This document shows positions 56,609 through 64,000 of a stretch of 64,000 nt of DNA, one piece after another. Numbering within the stretch: the stretch's first letter is position 1; each line of letters opens with the position of its first letter. The translations under genes were made by a program, and so were the position numbers. A model generated the notes under the pieces. That model was not told where the DNA came from. It saw nothing but the letters and a program-made list of their open reading frames with translations, and searched no databases. Source of the stretch: Dictyostelium discoideum (lineage: Eukaryota); the NCBI GenBank assembly GCA_000004695.1, contig CM000155.2, positions 288,001 to 352,000 of the forward strand. Direction: 5' to 3'.

Positions 56609-56768
56609 ATGAAATTTTTTATATTATTTTTTATTTTATATTTAGTTTCTGATACATTAGGACATTTAAATGAACCAGTTGTCAAGAGTAAATATTTAAT
56701 ATAAAAATAATTTAATCTTTTTTTTTATATTGTTTTTTCCGGTTTGGGTTTTTTTTTTTTTCCAAATT

Positions 56769-56833
<65 letters not shown>

Positions 56834-56955
56834 TTTGGTTATTGTTATTTACTATTTTTAATTTTTTTTAATGTGTTAATATTTAACTAGTTAAAAAAAT
56901 ACAAATATTCAATTTTGTAACCACTTGTCAATATAATTAAAGAAATTTGCAATTG

Positions 56956-57018
<63 letters not shown>

Positions 57019-59624
57019 AGTTTAAAATTAATATCTATAAATATTAATATTAATAAATATTAATCATTTAATAGATACATTCTCTATATTTTTGTATTTT
57101 TTTAAAAAGAAATCGATGGTTTCCAACACTAATTTTTTCTAATGATTTTATTTTAATTTCAGATTTTACATACACAAAACAATCATTGGAATATACATAT
57201 GATATTGATAGTACATATTATATAAAATGGATTTTTTCAAATTTGGAATATGAATTGGTTTTTGAATGTAAAAATAATAGCAAAGAAAGAACATGTACTG
57301 CTGGTATGTCCATTGATATTGCTAAAAATTTACATGGTCAAATAAAGGTATGCATACGTGGAATTGATAATAATGGTGTATTAGATTGCCATATTGCTTT
57401 TTATGAAGAATATTTTCCAAAGCCAATTATTGAAGGTGACTTTAAACCATCTACCAAAGGTGGTCCTACTATTATGAAAGGTTATTATTTGGCAATTGGT
57501 GCATACTACTATACCATTATCCCTGATACTAGATTGGGTATAATAGGTGATATTTTTAGTAACTCTATTGATGTCACAAATTTAATACTAGACTATAAAG
57601 GTGGTTGTGGCCCAGGAACTATTCAATGGTCAAATGATTTTAAATATAGTTTCAATCATTCAAATCCAATCATTGAAAATATTTTTATTGAAGGTTCATC
57701 TTTTATATCAAAAGGTTCTAATTTTTGTAATTCTTCTGATTCAATTCAAATTTATTTAGATGGTGTTCAAATTGATAAATCAAAAATAAAATCAATTGAT
57801 CATGAGCAATTTGAAATAATTTACACTCAACTATATTCAAAATCAATCAATGTTAAAATAGTATCTGGTGGACTTGAATCGAATATTTACAAATTGGATT
57901 TTAAACCGATACCTTTAAAAATTAATAGTGTTCCAAGATTAAAAGGTGGTTCAGTTACAATAATTGGTGAAAGACTATCTCCACAAGTATATAATTCAAC
58001 AATCATTGTTAAAATTGGTCAATATGATTGTAAAAATGTAATCTCATCAAAAAATGAAATTCTCTGTAATTTAGAATCGGTTCAAAATGTTGAAAAGGTT
58101 AAATTGGTAGATTTACAAGTTAATATCTCAATAAATGGTATTTTTAATGAAAATAATTTATTATTCTCATTCGATGTACCAATAATGTCAGATTTTATAC
58201 TTCCTCAAGGTGAAGTTAAATTAGTTGGTGATTGTTTTGGTTCTTCACAATTGACTCAAGTTAAAATTGACGATGTGTTACAATCCAATATAACAATTAA
58301 TATTAATGAAAAAGAAACAACACTTTCATTTAAGCCAATTAAACCAATTAAAAAATCAAAGTTATATATAATTGTCAATGGTACAAAATCAAATACTATT
58401 GAAATTGATTCATCATTTTTTGTAAAAAGTGTTCCATCTTCACCTTCAGTAAATGGTCAAATTGTAAACTTTACACTTTTCAATATAAATCCAAATAATG
58501 TAAATGCAACACCAATTATGATTTTTCAAAATAATAGTTCAATAAATGCAATTGATTATAAAAATTCAAATGAATACTCAACTCACACATACTCCTTTGA
58601 TATTCCAAAAAGTTGTGGGAGAAATGAGATTACAATTTTAATTGGAGACCAACTAACCCGTACTGAAATTTATTATGAATTACCAATAATATCAAGTTGT
58701 TCAATTGTTCCAAATCAAATGATTAAATGTCTTGGTAATTTTTTAAATTATCTAGATTTATTTAAAAATGGTAAAATTAAAATACAATTTTCAAATATGG
58801 TAATAATTGATAATATTCCAAACAATTCAATTATTTTTATGAGTGATTCATTTTCATTCCCAATGAAGCCAGAGTATAGTTCAAGTGATATATATCTTAT
58901 TGTTTGTGATGAAACTTCTCCATATTTTAAAGTTGATATAACTCCATCGCTTAAATTTGTGAGCCAATCTCTTGTTTTCAACTCCACTGGTGGTGAATTA
59001 TTAATTAATGGTGAAAATTTTAATGAAAATACAATTTACAATACATCTGTATATTGCTTTTCAAATAAACAAGTTTATAATTGTTCATTTATAAACAATA
59101 CATCTATCTCATGTGATATTGAATTGGTAGGTCCATTCGATCAACTTTGTAAAATCAAATTTAATGGTAAAGATGAGAATTATAACATTTCAATATCATA
59201 TTATCCTCCATTAGTTTTAAATTCAACAACGATTTCGAATTCATCGATTGGTGGAATTATTATAATTTTTGGTAATGAATTTTATAATCAAATTGATTCA
59301 ATTACAGTTGGTAAAAGTAAATGTTTAAACTCTACATTTATAAATTCAACATCGATTTCATGTTTTGTAGAACCTTCAAATTTTATTATTAATCAAACTG
59401 AACAACAACAACAATATGTTAACATTACAATTAATAACAAAAGTGGTGGTAATAATTTAATAATTTATTCTGTTAATTCAAATAGAATTGATGAAAATAA
59501 TAAATCAAATAAAAATACAATTGATGATAAACAAACCAACAATGAAATCAAAAATGAATCCATAAAAAGAAATATAAATTTAATTTTATTTATAATTATA
59601 TTCTCAACGATTTTAATCATTTAA
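56609..59624 (+). CDS. IPT/TIG-domain cell-surface glycoprotein, intact copy (copy 1) of a tandemly repeated Tgr-like family gene; two exons, 56609..56687 and 57163..59624
   Basis: Signal-peptide exon [26 protein letters not shown] + A ends at donor GTAAAT. A 475-bp AT intron with a long poly-T follows; acceptor AATTTCAG at 57161-57162 (phase 1). The tool's Met at 57186 is TTG. IPT motifs are present, e.g. [25 protein letters not shown]...[10 protein letters not shown]...EILCNLES. The C-terminus is the hydrophobic [15 protein letters not shown]. Confidence 0.7.
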
Positions 59625-59868
59625 TTAAATTTATTACTTTCGTTATAAAAAAAAATTATACTCCCACCAAAAACAATGATTGAGTATATATAAAAAATGA
59701 TTATTTTTAGTGGTTTTGTGTTAAATAAAAAAAAAAAAATACAATAATAAATTTTGAACATGTTGTTTTTTTTTTTTTATATTTTTTTTTTTTTCTAATT
59801 ATTTTTAAAATAATTTTATTTTTTTTTTTTATTGGTTTTACTGTTTGGGTTATTTTTAATCTCAAATT

Positions 59869-59922
<54 letters not shown>

Positions 59923-60467
59923 TTTGATTATTGTTGTTATTTACTATTTTTAATTTTTTAATATTAAAGTCTCCAAATATTCAGCTATTGTTTATTTTTT
60001 ATATCATTGTTAATGTCATTAATAACTATAACTAGTTATTAATATAAATAAATATCAATCATTTTGTAGATATATTATCTATTTATGTATTTTATAAAAG
60101 ATATTGATAATTTCCAACACCAATTTTTAATTTTTTTATTTGGTTCATTAATATTTTTTTAAAAATTTTTCAATGTTTTAACCAGTTGTCAATGTAATTA
60201 AAGATATTTGCAATTGTTTATTAAAAAAAAAAAAAAAAATTGTTTGTTATTTTTTTAAAAAAAAAAAAAAAAGAGCTACTGTTCATTTTTTAATAAATTA
60301 ATTTTAAATTAATATCTATAACTATTAATATTAATAAATATTAATCATTTATTAGATACATTATCTCTATTTTTTGTATTTTTTTTAAAAAGAAATCAAT
60401 AGTTTCAACACTAATTTTTTCTTATGATTTTATTTTAATTTTAGATTTTACATGCACAAAACAATCA

Positions 60468-63400
60468 TTGGAATATACATATGATATTGATAGTACATAT
60501 TATATAAAATGGATTTTTTCAAATTTGAAATATGAATTGGTTTTTGAATGTAAAAATAATAGCAAAGAAAGAACATGTACTGCTGGTATGTCCATAGATA
60601 TTGCTAAAAATTTACATGGTCAAATAAAGATGTGCGGAACTGATAATAATGGTGTATTAGATTGCCATATGCGTGTATACGAAGAATATTTTCCAAAGCC
60701 AATTATTGAAGGTGACTTTAAACCATCTACCAAAGGTGGTCCTACTATTATGAAAGGTTATTATTTGGCAGTTGGAGTAATTCCTTACTTTACTATTATC
60801 CCTGGTACTATATTGGGAACAATAGGTGATATTTTTAGTAACTCTATAGATGTCACAAATTTAATACTAGACTATAAAGGTGTTGTGGCCCAAGAACTAT
60901 TCAATGGCCAAATGATTTTAAATATAGTTTCAATCATTCAAATCCAATCATTGAAAATATTTTTATTGAAGGTTCATCTTTTATATCAAAAGGTTCTAAT
61001 TTTTGTAATTCTTCTGATTCAATTCAAATTTATTTAGATGGTGTTCAAATTGATAAATCAAAAATAAAATCAATTGATCATGAGCAATTTGAAATAATTT
61101 ACACTCAACTATATTCAAAATCAATCAATGTTAAAATAGTATCTGGTGGACTTGAATCGAATATTTACAAATTGGATTTTAAACCTATACCTTTAAAAAT
61201 TAATAGTGTTCCAAGATTTAAAGGTGGTTCAATTACAATAATTGGTGAAAGACTATCTTCACAAGTAAATAATTCAACAATCATTGTTAAAATTGGTCAA
61301 TATCATTGTAAAAATGTAATCTCATCAAAAAATGAAATTCTCTGTAATTTAGAATCGGTTCCAAATGTTGAAAAGGTTAAATTGGTAGATTTGCAAGTTA
61401 ATATCTCAATAATGGTATTTTTAATGAAAATAATTTATTATTCTCATTCGATGTACCAATAATATCAGATTTTATACTTCCTCAAGGTGAAGTTAAATTA
61501 GTTGGTGATTGTTTTGGTTCTTCACAATTGACTCAAGTTAAAATTGACGATGTGTTACAATCCAATATAACAATTAATATTAATGAAAAAGAAACAACAC
61601 TTTCATTTAAGCCAATTAAACCAATTAAAAAGTCAAAGTTATATATAATTGTCAATGGTACAAAATCAAATACTATTGAAATTGATTCATCATTTTTTGT
61701 AAAAAGTGTTCCATCTTCACCTTCAGTAAATGGTCAAATAGTAAACTTTACACTTTTCAATATAAATCCAAATAATGTAAATGCAACACCAATTATGATT
61801 TTTCAAGATAATAGTTCAATAAAAGCAATTGATTATAAAAATTCGAATGAATACTCGACTCACACATACTCTTTTGATATTCCAAAAAGTTGTGGGAGAA
61901 ATGAAATTACAATTTTAATTGGAGACCAACTAACCCGTACTGAAATTTATTATGAATTACCAATAATATCAAGTTGTTCAATTGTTTCAAATCAAATGAT
62001 TAAATGTCTTGGTAATTTTACAAATTATTTAGATTTATTTAAAAATGGTAAAATTAAAATACAATTTTCAAATATGATAATAATTGATAATATTCCAAAC
62101 AATCCAATTATTTTTATGAGTGATTCATTTTCATTCCCAATAAAGCCAGAGTATAGTTCAAGTGATATATATCTTATTGTTTGTGATGAAACTTCTCTAG
62201 ATTTTAAAGTTGATATAACTCCATCGCTTAAATTTGTGAGCCAATCTCTTGTTTTCAACTCCACTGGTGGTGAATTATTAATTAATGGTGAAAATTTTAA
62301 TGAAAATACAATTTACAATACATCTGTATATTGCTTTTCAAATAAACAAGTTTATAATTGTTCATTTATAAACAGTACATCTATCTCATGTGATATTGAA
62401 TTGGTAGGTCCATTCGATCAACTTTGTAAAATCAAATTTAATGGAAAAGATGAGAAGTATAACATTTCAATATCATATTATCCTCCATTAGTTTTAAATT
62501 CAACAACGATTTCGAATTCATCAATTGGTGGAATTATTACAATTTTAATTGGAGACCAACTAACCCGTACTGAAATTTATTATGAATTACCAATAATATC
62601 AAGTTGTTCAATTGTTTCAAATCAAATGATTAAATGTCTTGGTAATTTTACAAATTATTTAGATTTATTTAAAAATGGTAAAATTAAAATACAATTTTCA
62701 AATATGGTAATAATTGATAATATTCCAAACAATCCAATTATTTTTATGAGTGATTCATTTTCATTCCCAATGAAACCAGAGTATAGTTCAAGTGATATAT
62801 ATCTTATTGTTTGTGATGAAACTTCTCCATATTTTAAAGTTGATATAACTCCATCGCTTAAATTTGTGAGCCAATCTCTTGTTTTCAACTCCACTGGTGG
62901 TGAATTATTAATTAATGGTGAAAATTTTAATGAAAATACAATTTACAATACATCTGTATATTGCTTTTCAAATAAACAAGTTTATAATTGTTCATTTATA
63001 AACAATACATCTATCTCATGTGATATTGAATTGGTAGGTCCATTCGATCAACTTTGTAAAATCAAATTTAATGGTAAAGATGAGAAGTATAACATTTCAA
63101 TATCATATTATCCTCCATTAGTTTTAAATTCAACAACGATTTCAAATTCATCAATTGGTGGAATTATTACAATTTTTGGTAATGAATTTTATAATCAAAT
63201 TGATTCAATTACAGTTGGTAAAAGTAAATGTTTAAACTCTACATTTATAAATTCAACATCGATTTCATGTTTTGTAGAACCTTCAAATTTTATTATTAAT
63301 CAAACTGAACAACAACAACAATATGTTAACATTAAAATTAATAGCAAAAGTGGTGGTAATAATTTAATAATTTATTCTGGTAATTCAAATAGAATTGATG

Positions 63401-63531
63401 AAAATAATAAATCAAATAAAAATACAATTGATGATAAACAAACCAACAATGAAATCAAAAATGAATCCATAAAAAGAAATATAAATTTAATTTTATTTAT
63501 AATTATATTCTCAACGATTTTAATCATTTAA
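60468..63531 (+). pseudogene. Degenerate tandem copy (copy 2) of the 56609..59624 gene: signal exon region deleted, frameshifts, and an internal in-frame 630-bp tandem duplication
   Basis: It has the same N-terminal [17 protein letters not shown]... as copy 1, but the frame breaks after ~190 codons (three successive ORFs 60468.., 61172.., 61528..). The block starting GGAGACCAACTAACCCGTACTG occurs at 61921 and again at 62551. The ~0.8 kb upstream that carries the signal exon in copy 1 is missing. Confidence 0.7.
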
Positions 63532-64000
63532 TTTAATTTATTATTTTCGTTATAAAAAAAAAATTAAACTCCTACCAAAAAAAATTATTGAGTATATATA
63601 AAAAATGATTATTTTTAGTGGTTTTGTGTTAAATAAAAAAAAAAAATAATACAATAATAAATTTTGAACATGTTGTTTTTTTTTTTTATAATTTTTTTTT
63701 TTTTTAATTATTTTTAAAATAATTATTTTTTTGTTTTTACTATTTGATAAGTGTGTTATTGTGAATTTGATAATTAAAATAATATATAAAATCAAAAATA
63801 ATTAAAAATATAACCACTTCTCATAAACTACTTTTTATGGTAGTGGGTGAAAAAAAAAAAAATAATAATTTTCATTTCAATTAAAAAAACAAGCCCAAAA
63901 AAGTTTAATACAATTAATAATATTCTAATATGATGAAAGAAACATCAAGTGGTGGGTGTGGTAAACTTGGCACACAGTGTTAAAAAAAAACAATATGAGT

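Noticed and set aside
58748-58987. Minus-strand ORFs 58748..58987, 62025..62264 and 62655..62894 ([18 protein letters not shown]...)
   Set aside because: Antisense to the IPT/TIG genes. They recur only because the underlying sense segment is duplicated (and is inverted in copy 0).

Overview
This window looks like Dictyostelium (social amoeba) nuclear DNA. It is extremely AT-rich, with long poly-A/T tracts and coding poly-N/Q/T runs. Introns are short and AT-rich with GTAAGT/GTATGT..(T)nAG boundaries, and genes are compact on both strands. I rebuilt exon structures by hand wherever the six-frame ORFs ended in introns, checking splice phase across junctions.

The left ~38 kb holds ordinary eukaryotic genes. 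These include an LRR+receiver-domain protein, a SAM methyltransferase, a Cys-rich GPI-type protein, an F-box/LRR protein, a PDI ending in HDEL, DHDDS, a NOL6/Nrap-like protein, COQ6, a Rab, an ABCA transporter, a Nopp140-like protein, a small putative ER protein, a P450, and two tRNA genes with external B boxes.

The right ~26 kb is a cluster of IPT/TIG-domain cell-surface glycoprotein genes. They appear Tgr-like, but the family assignment is from domain motifs only. The cluster contains three apparently intact genes, a 3.3-3.9 kb tandem array with one intact copy and decaying pseudogene copies (with an inversion, an in-frame 630-bp internal duplication and loss of the signal exon), and small dispersed gene fragments. 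A four-exon acidic-protein gene and a TKL-type kinase gene sit inside the cluster.

Caution: several ORF-track Met residues are actually TTG codons, because the tool allows alternative starts.
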